From NCBI GenBank assembly GCA_004431415.1, contig QPMI01000601.1, positions 286,628-350,627 on the forward strand: a stretch of 64,000 nucleotides of DNA, given 5' to 3'. Below are positions 12,428-23,700 of this stretch, in pieces. The translations under genes and the position numbers were made by a program. The stretch is from Cyanophora paradoxa CCMP329. Its lineage: Eukaryota; Plantae; Glaucophyta. The notes below the pieces were generated by a model. That model had not been told where the DNA came from. It ran no database searches and worked only from the letters and a program-made list of their open reading frames with translations. Every line of letters begins with the position of its first letter. Position 1 is the stretch's first letter.

Positions 12428-14734
12428 ATGTCGGACCGAAAGCGAAGATCTTCAGAAAGCGAACTACGAGACGATTCGGAGCTCGCGGAGGACCACAGCG
12501 GCAGCGCGATGCACAGCCTCCCAGATGTAGTCCTCTCGCGCGTCTTCTTCTTGCACGCGACGACGCTCGACGCGCAACGCGGTGATCCAGCGTATCTGTC
12601 GAACCCAGCGCCGCCGTTCTGCTGCGGGGAGCTTGAGGCGGACCTGTGCCCGGAGCTGGCGCTCGAACCGGACGTGATGCCGGAGCGGCTTGCTCCGCTT
12701 CGGGCCGTGTGCCGCAGATTCAGGCGGCTGGTGCGATCATCTCGTCGTGCAGATCTGCTTGCTTCTCGCTCATCCCGCGCCCGCCACAGATCGATGCGGA
12801 CCCGTACTTGCGCGAGCGTGTGCTGTTGAACTGCGTCCCGGACAGCAAAGAACTCGAAGGCAAACCTCTCGTATGCCGCGATGACTTCCGCAGCGATGAA
12901 GACCTAGGCGAAGCGCGGTGGCATGAACCGGGCGCGGGCGTCTCGTGGCTCCTGCAGCGGCCGGAGAGCTTCAAGCGCGGCGTGCGGCGGCTGCGGGTGG
13001 TGCTGGACCGCTTCCCGGCGCTGTGCGCGGCGCAGCTGCGGGCGCTCGGCAGCGACGCGGTGCTGGCGGAGAGCGTCGAGGAGCTCGACCTGCTCTTCCT
13101 GCGCCTGGAGGCCCAGCACCACCGCATGTGCTGTGCGTCCCTCGTCCCCCGCTTCCCGAACCTCCGCGTCCTCCGCATCGCGTCCCACGTGCACGCGGTC
13201 GAGGGCATGGTGGAGCCGCTGCGCCTGCGCGGCGGGGCGCGTGCGAAGCAGACCGCCCGTAAGAGCACCGGCGGGAAGGCGCCGCGGAGACCACTTTGGA
13301 ACGACGAGGTGACGGAGCCGGCGGCGTGGGCGATCGCTTCGCTCGGCCGGCTGGAGGTGCTCGACATACCGGGCCTGCCCATGGCCGTCGGCGGCATCCG
13401 GGCGATGGGGGCGCTGCCCCTCCGCGCCCTCCATCTCAGTTCCTTCCCTCCGTGGGCTAGCGACAGGAGCGAGCGTCTCGTGGAAGCCGCGGCGCGGGCC
13501 TTCCCCAAGCTGCAGCGCCTCCGCTACCACGGGTCCAGCCGGGGCGGACCCGCGCGTTGCATTGCGGACGACGAGGATGGCGCTGACTACCTCGCGCTCG
13601 ACGAGGCCCTCGCCCGCCTTGCCGACCTCCGCTGTGCGTCGTCCGCCCCCGCCTCTCTGCCTTGCAGCCCCGCCCCGCCCGACTGGCTGACGGGCTCGCG
13701 GGCCGTCGCGGCGCCGCAGCGCTCGGCATGAAGTTGTGCCTCCACTCCCTCAAGTTCCTGCGGCACCTCCCCAGGCTCGAGCACTTCTCCGCGGTCCTCG
13801 ACGCGCGGGCCGACCTGGCGCCCCTTGCCAAGCTCGGCCCCCGCCTCCGCACCCTCGGCGCCCTCCGCTCCGAGGCGGAGCTCCTCGTACGGGGACTCGT
13901 TCGGGGCTCCAATGACGATTCGGACGGGAGCGAGTCGGACAGCTCCGCGGCCGAGGCCGAGCGAGAGGCGCGGGCGCGCCTCCGCGCGGCGGCCTCGCGC
14001 GCCGCCCTCGTCTCTACCCTGGAGGGCATGCACGCTCTCGAGGTGCTCGCCACCCCTCGCCCTCGTTCTCCGGCTCTCACCCCGGCCCCTGCCCCTCAGG
14101 GCCTGCACCTGTGGGCGACTGAGGGGACGCTGCTCGCCCTCGCCGAGGGACCCTTCTCGAGCCTGCCCCGCCTCCGCCTCCTCTCTCTCTTCTGCGCCAA
14201 CGGCCCCACCGTGCCTCTTCCCCTCATCACGGCGCGCCCCGCGCCGCGTCGCCCCGCTCGCCCCTCCCTCCGTGTCCGGCTGACCGTGCTGGGGCGCAGC
14301 GCACGGCGGCGGGCATGGCTGCCCTGCAAGACCTCCGCGTCGACGCGCTGCTCCTTCCGCTCCCCGAGGAGGCGGCGGCGGCGCTCGCCGGCCGCCGCCT
14401 GCGCCGCCTGCGCGCCACGCTCTTCCCCTCTCTGGAGCTTCTCGACGAGGACGAAGGTGGGGATGGTCCGGAGCCGCCGGAGGGGGCGCGGCGGCGCCTG
14501 CGGGCGACTCTCCTCCCCTCCCTGGAGCTTCTCGACGAGGACGGAGGCGGGGATGGCCCCCCGGCGCGGCGGTGCCGGGAGGAGCGGGGGCGCCTGGAGG
14601 CCCGCCTGGGCGTGCGCGTCTCGCCGCACCCCGCCTGCAAGCGGGGCGCCGACGTGGGCAGCCGCTGGATGTATCTCCCGCGGGCGCCATCGAGGTCCGA
14701 CGAGAAGCTGACCCGATTCTTGGATGCGATGTAG
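12428..14734 (+). CDS. F-box-like / leucine-rich-repeat protein with an internal LRLRGG-histone H3 tail insert (spliced)
   Basis: Exon 1 (12428-12730) has F-box-like halves SLPDVVLSRVFF...LAPLRAVCRRFRRL; GT-AG intron 12731-12789 keeps frame into IDADP; LRR-like units FPNLRVLRI, LGRLEVLDIP, LPLRALHLS, FPKLQRLRY, LPRLEHFS, LPRLRLLSL. Confidence 0.72.
13219..13296 (+). other. Ubiquitin C-terminal hexapeptide (LRLRGG, 13219-13236) directly followed by a histone H3(1-20)-like tail (13237-13296)
   Basis: Translates [26 protein letters not shown]; H3 1-20 is [20 protein letters not shown] (17/20 identical). Confidence 0.93.
14402..14560 (+). repeat. Internal 90-bp (30-aa) coding duplication RRLRATL[F/L]PSLELLDED[E/G]GGDGP
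   Basis: Two diverged copies with period 90 nt, near 14405 and 14495. Confidence 0.85.
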
Positions 14735-14904
14735 GCAGGCCGCGCCCGTTGGCGTCTACATTCTAGATGAGTAATTCCTTTCCATTTTGCAGATATCGAT
14801 AAATTTATATATTTGTTTGCCTAATGCATGTGTGCGTCGACGCCATGCAACTTGGGGCCACCGCTCGCTACGGCTAGAGCTGCGGAGCGCGCCCAGCGAG
14901 GCGG

Positions 14905-17900
14905 CTACCAGAGGCCGGAGCGGGCCCGGCGGGCGGGGGCGAGGCGGACGGACTCGATGGCGTCGAGCTCGGCGCCGGGGCCGGGGCCGGGGCCGCCGGC
15001 GGAGGCGACCGTCGCGAGGGCGCGCCGCAGCTCCTCCACGCCCACCTCCTGTCCCTCCCGGGTGAGCCAGGCCAAGCCCGCCGCGGGGCACTCTCTGCGC
15101 TCTTGCTTCGGGGCGCACCGGGGGCGGCCAGCGGGAGGCGAGGGGCCGGATGGTGACGGGGGCGGGGTCGAGGGCGTCGTAGTAGCGGTAGACGGCGCGC
15201 AGCCAGGCCGCCAGCACGGGGGGCGCCCGCAGCCCGAAGACCTGCGCGAGCCACCGTCGGGGGAGGCGGGGCAGCGAGCGGGGCGGGGCCGGGGGGACGG
15301 GACCTGGGGGGCGCGTTGGGCGACCTCGGGGTCGGGGCTCTCGCGCTCCCGCGCGAAGCGTCGGCAGAGCTGGCGGCAGACGCCCTCCACCCGCCCCGGC
15401 GCCAGCGCCCCGTCGCACGCGTACTTCCTGCGCCCCGGGCCCCCGCCCCGCTCGAGAAAGGCGGGCGGGGGCTCGCTAAGCTCGCTCCGGGCGGGCGCAC
15501 CGGAGCTTGCAGAGGGTGGCGCGGGGCACGGGCCCGTAGCTGGCGTCGAGGAAGGAGCCGAGGAGGCCGAGGAGGGTCGGCTTGCCCAGCAGGCGCCGCA
15601 CGGGCAAGCCGACCCTCCTCGACCCTCCTCGGAGGGTCGGCTCCGCCAGCCGCCCCGCCACCTCCTCCGGCGTGGGCGCCGCTTTGGCCGGCACCGCCTC
15701 ATACTCCTTCTGCGCGGGCGTGAGGCGCCGCGGGGCGAGGGGGCGTGCGGGCGAGGCGGCGCACGGTGAAGGCTTCCCGCCGCGGCTGCGCGCTCGGGCG
15801 GGGCTCGCCGCCAGCCGCGGATCGCGAGGGCGGCGGAGCGCTGGCGGCGGCAGCGACGTCGCCCCGGGCGGGTGCCGGTGTGCTGGCCGCGGCGCCGGCG
15901 TGTACAGCTGGCGTCGCAGTCCCTGCAGCTGCGAAGCCGCCGCGCCGCTGCTTCGTCTCGACGATCTCGCGCACCGCCGACTGCACGTCCCCGAAGACCC
16001 GCACCCCGTGCCGCTGCGCCACGTCTGCGCCCGCCCCGCCCGCATCGAATCCAGATTCGATCCGGCGGGGGCGGGGGCGGGGGCGGACCGCGGAGGTACT
16101 CGCGGGCGCGGTTGAGGTCCTTCAGCTCGCCCGCCTGCACCGCCTCGCCCCCGATCGCCGCCCCCGCCGGCACCGGCAGCACCCTGCCCGCCCCCGCCCT
16201 CAGCCGTGCTTCGGGTCCGGGCGGCCGGCGCGGGGCTGCGGGGCGGCGGGGCGGGGCGGACGCGAGGACGACGGGGCGGGCGGCGGCGATGTACTCGGCG
16301 GCCTCGACCATCGAGGCGAGCCCGCGCGTCTGCGCGTCGATGACGAAGAGCAGCACGCCCGCCGCCCGCTTCGCCTCCGCCTCCACCGCCACCAGCTCCG
16401 GCCGCCACTCCTCCACCTGCGCCCCGCCCCGCGTCGGCCCGCGCCCCCGCAGCCGCGCCGGACCCGGGGCCGGGGCCGGGGCGGGGCTCGCCTGCGGGTT
16501 GAAGAAGCTGACGCCGGCGCGCGTGAGCTCCGGTATGGCCAGCTCCCGCCGCCACGTCGTCGGGTTGCACGCCCCGCCCAGGAAGACCTCGCAGCCGCCG
16601 GCCCCGGAGGCGGCCGGGGCGGCGTGCGGGCCGTGGCCGTGGCCGGGGCCGCCGCGGAGCGTCTCGAAGCCGCCGAGCCGCTGCTTCGTTTCGACGATCT
16701 CGCGCACCGCCGACTGCACGTCCCCGAAGACCCGCACCCCGTGTCGCTGCGCCACGTCTGCGCCCGCCCCGCGCGCATCGGATCCAGATCCGATCCGGCG
16801 GGGGCGGGGGCGGGGGCGGGGGCGGACCGCGGAGGTACTCGCGGGCGCGGTTGAGGTCCTTCAGCTCGCCCGCCTGCACCACCTCGCCCCCGATCGCCGC
16901 CCCCGCCGGCACCGGCAGCACCCTGCCCGCCCCCGCGCTCAGCTCCCGCCGGGGCGGCCGGCGCGGGGGCTGCGGGCGGCGGGGCGGGGCGGACGCGAGG
17001 AGGACGGGGCGGGCGGCGGCGATGTACTCGGCGGCCTCGACCATCGAGGCGAGCCCGCGCGTCTGCGCGTCGATGACGAAGAGCAGCACGCCCGCCGCCC
17101 GCTTCGCCTCCGCCTCCACCGCCACCAGCTCCGGCCGCCACTCCTCCACCTGCGCCCCCGCCCCGCCTCGGCCCGCGCCCCCGCAGCCGCGCCGGGGCCG
17201 GGGCCGGGGGCGGGGCTCGCCTGCGGGTTGAAGAAGCTGACGCCGGCGCGCGTGAGCTCCGGTATGGCCAGCTCCCGCCGCCACGTCGTCGGGTTGCACG
17301 CTCCGCCCAGGAAGACCTCGCAGCCGCCGGCCCCGGAGGCGGCCGGGGCGGCGTGCGGGCCGTGGCCGTGGCCGGGGCCGCCGCGGAGCGTCTCGAAGCC
17401 GCCGAGCCGCTGCTTCGTTTCGACGATCTCGCGCACCGCCGACTGCACGTCCCCGAAGACCCGCACCCCGTGCCGCTCCGCCACGTCTGCGCCCGCCCCG
17501 CCCGCATCGAATCCAGATTCGATCCGGCGCCGGGCGGGGCAGGGGCGGGGGCGGACCGCGGAGGTACTCGCGGGCGCGGTTGAGGTCCTTCAGCTCGCCC
17601 GCCTGCACCGCCTCGCCCCCGATCGCCGCCCCCGCCGGCACCGGCAGCACCCTGCCCGCCCCCGCCCTCAGCTCGAGCTGTGCCCGGGGCGGCCGGCGCG
17701 GGGCCGCCCGGGGCGGCGGGGCGGGGCGGACGCGAGGACGACGGGGCGGGCGGCGGCGATGTACTCGGCGGCCTCGACCATCGAGGCGAGCCCGCGCGTC
17801 TGCGCGTCGATGACGAAGAGCAGCACGCCCGCCGCCCGCTTCGCCTCCGCCTCCACCGCCACCAGCTCCGGCCGCCACTCCTCCACCTGCGCCCCCGCCC

Positions 17901-18071
17901 CGCGTCGGCCCGCGCCCCCGCAGCCGCGCCGGACCCGGGGCCGGGGCCGGGGGCGGGGCTCGCCTGCGGGTTGAAGAAGCTGACGCCGGCTCGCGTGAGC
18001 TCCGGTATGGCCAGCTCCCGCCGCCACGTCGTCGGGTTGCACGCCCCGCCCAGGAAGACTTCGCACGCCAT
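14905..18071 (-). CDS. Protein with three tandem Raw / nucleoside 2-deoxyribosyltransferase-like domains plus an unknown C-terminal region (spliced; 3' end uncertain)
   Basis: Each unit reads EVFLGGACNPTTWRRELAIPELTRAGVSFFNPQ|VEEWRPELVAVEAEAKRAAGVLLFVIDAQTRGLASMVEAA...DLNRAREYL, matching the Raw-repeat pattern (VFLGGSCNPTTWR, YNPQV, DLNRGR) of the Nuc_deoxyri_tr2-like family. Confidence 0.8.
15950..18066 (-). repeat. Three near-identical tandem units of about 730-745 bp, each including its three introns
   Basis: AAGAAGCTGACGCCGGC recurs at about 16502, 17231 and 17974; exons are almost identical and introns differ by small indels. Confidence 0.92.
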
Positions 18072-18431
18072 GCCGAAAGCTTGATCGGGAGCTCGAGCTG
18101 AAACCTCGAGGCTTCCGGCAAGGCTGGACCGCGGGGCCCGCTAGCTAAGGCTCATTTCTACTTAGCTAGTACCAGAAATCCCTCGAAAAAGAACAGGAGG
18201 CGAGAGAACGCGCGGGGCTGCCGGACCTATGTATGCAATCGAGGCTCGGCCTCCGGAACGTGAGAGGGAGTCTTCTGAATGTAACGACTGCGTTCACAGC
18301 GTCCAGCTGGGCCGACGAGGCTGGGCAGCAGCAGCTCCACCAGCCGGAATTTCGCGTACCCACCTACGACCCGTCTGGCCGCCGATCGGGCTGTCGACGG
18401 CCATCATCGCGCGTTAAAGCTCACCTACGAG

Positions 18432-20513
18432 ATGCAGCCGCAGCCTCCATCGCGCCTGAAGAGGCTCGTCGCGCGGCTTTTGCCGCTCGCAGTCGTCGGC
18501 GGCGTCGCTTACTGCCTGGCACCGTCGAAGCCGCCCGAGTGGCCACCGAAGGCCGCCGCGGAGGCCCCGCCTGCGCGATCCGTCTACAGCTGGGGCCTCA
18601 ACCACGCGGGCCAGCTGGGCGTCGGGACCGTGAAAGCTGCCCCGCTGCCGACGCGCCTCGAGGTGTGCGGCCGCGGAGCGCCGAAGCGCCGCGCGCCCCG
18701 TTCCGCCGTGCCTCACGCTTCCGCGGGCGCTCGCAGACGCTCGACAGCAGCCGGTTCGACATCGTGCGCGTCTGCGCCTCTGGGCTCTCCAGCGCTGCGC
18801 TGGACAGCCGGGGGCAGCTCTACACGTGGGGCTGCGGAGGCAACGGGAGGCTGGTGCGCACGCGCGCGAGCGCCGCCGCGCGCCGAGCGCCGCGCGCGCT
18901 GACCGCCGCTGAAGGGTCACGCGGACGAGAGCGACCGGCTGATCCCGCAGCGCGTCGAGACGCCGCTGCCGCTCCGCGTGCGCCGCTCCACCCTCGCCCG
19001 GGACGCCTCGGCGCCTCAGCGGGGCGGGCGGGGCAGGACGTGGCGCTGGGGGAGTATCACCTGGCGGCGGTGGACGTGGAGGGCGGGCTCTGGACGGTGG
19101 GGCGCGGGCGGGGCGGCCAGCTCGGGCACGGGGAGGCGCGGGACGCCCTCGCCCTGCGCAAGGTCGCCGGCCTCGAGGGCAAGCGCGCCGTCCAGATCGC
19201 CGCCGGCGAGGCCCACACCGCCGTCCTCACCGGCCCGCCCCCGCCCCGCCCCGCCCCGCCCCGCCCCGCCCCGCGCCGCTCACGGGCGCCCGCAGAGGAC
19301 GGGGAGGTGTACACGTTCGGCAGCGGCTTCGGCGGTGCGCCCGCGTACCCCCGCACGCTCCGGCCGGCCTGATCGGGTACCCCCCGGCGGAAGGCGGGCT
19401 GGGGCACGGGGAGCGGAAGGACGCGACGGCGCCGCGGCGGGTGGAGGCGCTCGCGGGGAAGCGCGTCCGCTCCGTCGCCTGCGGCCGTGACGTCTCCTTC
19501 TTCGTCACCGGTAGCCCCTCCCCTCCCCCTTTCTCTCCCCCGCGCCGCCGGTACTGGTTGCTCAAGCGGACGCAGACGACGGCATCTACGCGTGCGGCAG
19601 CGACGACTTCGGTGAGCTGCGTACCCCCCTTCGGGGTTTTCCGGACCCGCCCCCCGACGCCGGCGGCAGGGCAGCTGGGCCTGGGGAAGCACGAGCGGAC
19701 CGTGCGGGTCCCGCTGCCCATCCGCAACCTCGGCGACCTTGCCGTCGCCCAGGCCCGCCCCTTCTCGTTCCGCGGGGTACGGCGAGTTCCGATCCTCCCC
19801 GGGGTACGCAGGTGGCGGCGGGGGACTTCCACGCGGCCGCCGTCACGCGTGACGGGGCCCTGTACACCTGGTGCGGCGGATACGGGGGCGGGCGCCCGGG
19901 GCCGGGCCGAGCGCCGCGCGCAGGGGCTGGAACAAGGAGGGGAACCTCGGGCAGGGGGACACGGCCGACCAGTCCCTCCCCCGCCGCCTCGAGGGCCTAC
20001 CCCGCATCGCCAAGGTCCCCGTACCCCCCTCGCTTCTTCCCCCCGCACCCTCCTCTCACGTACCCCCCGCAGGTCGCGTGCGGCGGGGGCCACACGGCGG
20101 CCCTCTCGGAGGCCGGCGAGCTCTTCGTCTTCGGCCGCGGGCGAGACGGGCAGGCGCGCGTACCCCCGAAGGAAATCGAACCCCTCGAATTTAACCACGT
20201 ACCCCGCAGCTGGGCCGCGGGGACCTCCTGGAGTCGATCGCCGCGTACCGCACGACCCCCGTGCGCCCCCTGCGCCCGGACCGGCCTGTACCCCCCGCGC
20301 CGCCCCCTGAGACCGGTACCCCCGGCCAGGTGCGGGTGGAGGCGCTGAAGGGGAAGGCGGTTGTGGACGTGGCGTGCGGGCGCGACCACACGGTGCGCGT
20401 TGGTTGCAGCGGGGCGGGGCGGGGGCGCCCCCTGATTAAAAGCCTCGCCCTTCGAATTCGGCTCACGTGCGGAATCGCGCGAGCAGCTGGCTCTGGCCGC
20501 CGAGAGGAGATGA
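18432..20513 (+). CDS. RCC1-repeat (seven-blade beta-propeller) protein with a hydrophobic N-terminal segment, possibly mitochondrial (spliced)
   Basis: Repeats VYSWGLNHAGQLG, LYTWGCGGNGRL|G, VALGEYH, IAAGEAHT, VACGRDVS, VAAGDFHA, VACGGGHT, LFVFGRGRDGQ|LG, VACGRDHT|LAL. The UVR8 GWRHT motif is absent. Confidence 0.88.
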
Positions 20514-20745
20514 CCCCCAGCCAGGCCTCGGGCGTTACGCCGCCTCCCTTGGCGTCCCGGATTCGATCCCAGGCCCAGCTAGCGCGCGCGCACACACACA
20601 GGCTTCCGAGTTCAGAAATCTGCTCACTGCTCAATTCAGAGAATCGCTCGCGAAGATGAAAAGGCGTCTACACAGGCGAGAGCTAGCCGCGCAAAAGAGA
20701 ACTAAATCTAGGGGGAGAACATTTACAGGCGTGCTATGTACAGTT

Positions 20746-23700
20746 TCAGGGGTGGAGGGCGGCGAGGGCGCGCTGGGCGGCGCGCTCGCGGCGGCGGGCG
20801 GCGAGGCGCTCGTCGACGGCGGCGCGGGCGGCGGCGAGGCGGGCGGCGAGGGCGGCGAGGTCGGCCCCCGAGAGGCCCTCCAGTACGCGCGCCCCGGCGC
20901 CGGCCTCGCCCTCCTCCACCAGCGCCCGCGCCGCCTCCCCGAGCGGCCCGGGCGCCCCGCGGAGCGCCCCCGCCTCCGCCCCGGGCGCCCCCGCCCCCTC
21001 CGCCTCCTCCTCCTCCTCGAGGGACGCCAGCACGAGCTCGAGGAGGGGGTGCGCCCCCGGTCCTCCTCCTCCTCCTCCTCCGCGCCGCCCCGCCGCGCCG
21101 CCGCGGGGCCCCGCCCCGCCCTCCCCGTCCCCCTCGCCCCCGCCTCGCCCTGCGCCGCCTCCGGCCGCCGCAGCGACCTCCGCTGCCGCGCCGCTCAGCG
21201 GGCGAGGAGGCGGGGAAGCGGGGGGGCGGGGCGCGCACGCGGGCGGCGTGGAGGGGCGGAGGGCCCCCGTCGTCGCTGCGGGAGGCCGGCGGGGGGCTCG
21301 CCGACGGCGGCACCCCCGGCGCCGGGTTCTCGGGCGGGATCTGCGCGCGTACCCCCGATCCCGGTCACGCGGGGCGCGCGCTGAGCGAGCCGCTCGACTC
21401 GGAAGCGAGTACGTACGATGCCGTCGCTGGGCGCTGCGGGGCGGAGGGCGAGGGTTAGCTTGGGGATGCGGGGGCGGACCCCGAGGGGGTACGGGGCGGC
21501 ACCGAAGGGGGCGTAGTCGGCGAGGGGGATACCGAGCTGCTCGGCGACGAGGAGGACCTGATACCCCCAGGCGTCAGGGGCACGGGCGCGATTTGAGCTC
21601 GCCGGCCCTGCGCGGAGGCCGGACGCGGGCGGACCTGGCGCTTGCCCATGCCGCTCAGCCCGTTGCTCCCCTGCTTCACGAACTGCAGGACCGGGGTTCG
21701 CTACGGGGGGTGGGGACCGGCGGGGGTACGCGCCTTGAAGCGGTTCTGGGTGTACTCGGGCGTGTTCGTGATCGCGGCGCTGGGGGTACGGTGTCAGCGG
21801 GGCGGGGGCGGCGGGGAGGGGGGCGGAGCGCGCTAGAGGGCGTTGCGGGAGGCCTCCCAGGCGCTGATGCGGCGCCCGGTGCGGCTGTGGAAGGTCGCCT
21901 GGCCCGCCGGCGCCCGCCGCGGCACCCCCGAGGGCGTACCCCCCGCCGAGCTCGACGGCGAGGGGGGCCGGGGCGGCGGGGGGGCGGCGCCGCCGGAGGG
22001 GTAGGGGGAGACGCCGCCGGAGGCCGGCCCGACGGCTGCTGCGGCAGCGGAGGCGGAGCGGGAGGGGCGGAAGCCGCGCGGGGCGGAGTCAAAGGGGGTA
22101 GGGGAGGAGGCGGTGGAGGAGGGGGGCGAGGGGCCGGCGGAGGGCCCCGCGGAGGCCCCGGGGGAGGAGCCGTACGCCTCCCTCGCCAGCGCCCTCTGGG
22201 GCGGAGTGAGCCGCGGCGAGGCGGTACCCCCCTTCGAACAGCGTACCCGGAGGGTCTCGCGGTCGGACTGGAAGGCGAGGGTGGGGAGGAGGGCCGCCAG
22301 GTCGAGCCCCAGGGCCTTCGCGATCTGCGCGCGCGGTACCCCCGTCGGACGGAGCGGGACGCGGTACCCCACCTTCCCTCCAACCCGCCGCGCACGTCGA
22401 TCCACTGCTCGGTTCGGACGTCCTTCGTCTGGCGGCGGTACGAAAGTCAGGCTAGGGCAGGAGGTACGGTGGGGGCGAGGCGGGGCGGGAGAGGCGCACC
22501 TGGGTGCCGTGGAGGAAGCGCTGCCGGTTGGCGTTGAACGAGTCGTGCCTGAGGCAGAGCTTCCGGACCTGGGAGGGGGGGGGGGGGGGGAGGGGGGGGA
22601 AGTCGGGGGTGCGCCGGCGAAGGAAGAAGGGAGGGGGTTACGCACGATGTCGCGGAGGCGGGGCTGGCCCTCTTTGGGTGGGGCGGCGGGGCGGCGGGGG
22701 CGGCGGGGCCCTGCGCGGGGCCCCAGAGGCGGGCTCGCCCTCCTGGGGCCCCGGGGCCCTCCCGCGGCCGCTTTCGCGGCTCTTCCGCTGTTGGCGCGAG
22801 CGCTCAGAGACGCGGCACGGAGGGGAAGGGGAGGGTGGGGGCGGACCCGGCGGGTCGTCGGCGGGCCGCTTGGGCGGGCGGGCGTCGGGGCCGGCGGAGG
22901 CGGCGGAGGCGAGGGAGGTGGAGCAGAGGGCCGGCTCCTCGAGCTTGAGGGGCGCGAAGCAGAGCGAGGGCGAGAAGGCCAGCGGCAGCGGCAGCGCCGC
23001 TGGAAGCGCCATCCCCGCCGCCCCAACCGCCAGCGCTCCGGGGACCGCCGGTGCCGCGGGTCCCGCCGGCTGCTCGGGAGGCGGGGCCGGGGCGGGGGCG
23101 GAGGCAGGGGCCCGCTCGGGGCGCGCTCGGGGGGCGCTCGGGGGTGGAGGCGTGCGGCTGCTCAGCGCGCTGGGGCGTGCGGCCGGCGGGGGAGGAGGGC
23201 GCGGATGGCCCGTCGTCCCCGCCGGGCCCCCGCCGGGCCGCTTCTTGAGGGGCACGCGCGTGGGCTTCTCCTGGCGCCCCTGCCCGAGAAGCTCGGCGTA
23301 GGAGAGGCCCTGCGGCCCCGCCCCGGGTCCCGGGCCCCCGACGAGGGCGAGCCGACCCCGTGCCCGCTGCCGCTCCGGTCGAGCCCGCCGCCGCGCTCCC
23401 TGTCCCGCTCGCGCTCGCGCTCGCGCTCGCGCTCGCCGCCGGGGCCCATCCCGAGGCTCGCGAGGAGGCCGGAGTTCTTCGCCAGCAGCTGCGCGTGCGC
23501 GGCGGCCTCGGCGGAGGCGGCGGGGCGGGGCGGGGCGGGGCGGGGCGGGGCGGGCCTCGTGCTTCTCGGCGTCGGTGGCGCCGCCGAGGAGGCGGAGGCG
23601 GCTGGAGGCGGCGGCCATCGAGTCGACGCGGGCGGAGATCTGCTCGAGGGTGCGGAACTGGGAGCACCACTCGTCGATCTCACCGCTGCTCGGCGAGTCG

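Noticed and set aside
13237-13296. A bona fide histone H3 gene or ubiquitin-H3 fusion
   Set aside because: No histone fold follows residue 20 and no ubiquitin body precedes LRLRGG; only the two short motifs are present.
18432-20513. UVR8 photoreceptor
   Set aside because: RCC1 repeats lack the GWRHT tryptophan motifs and the VP tail.
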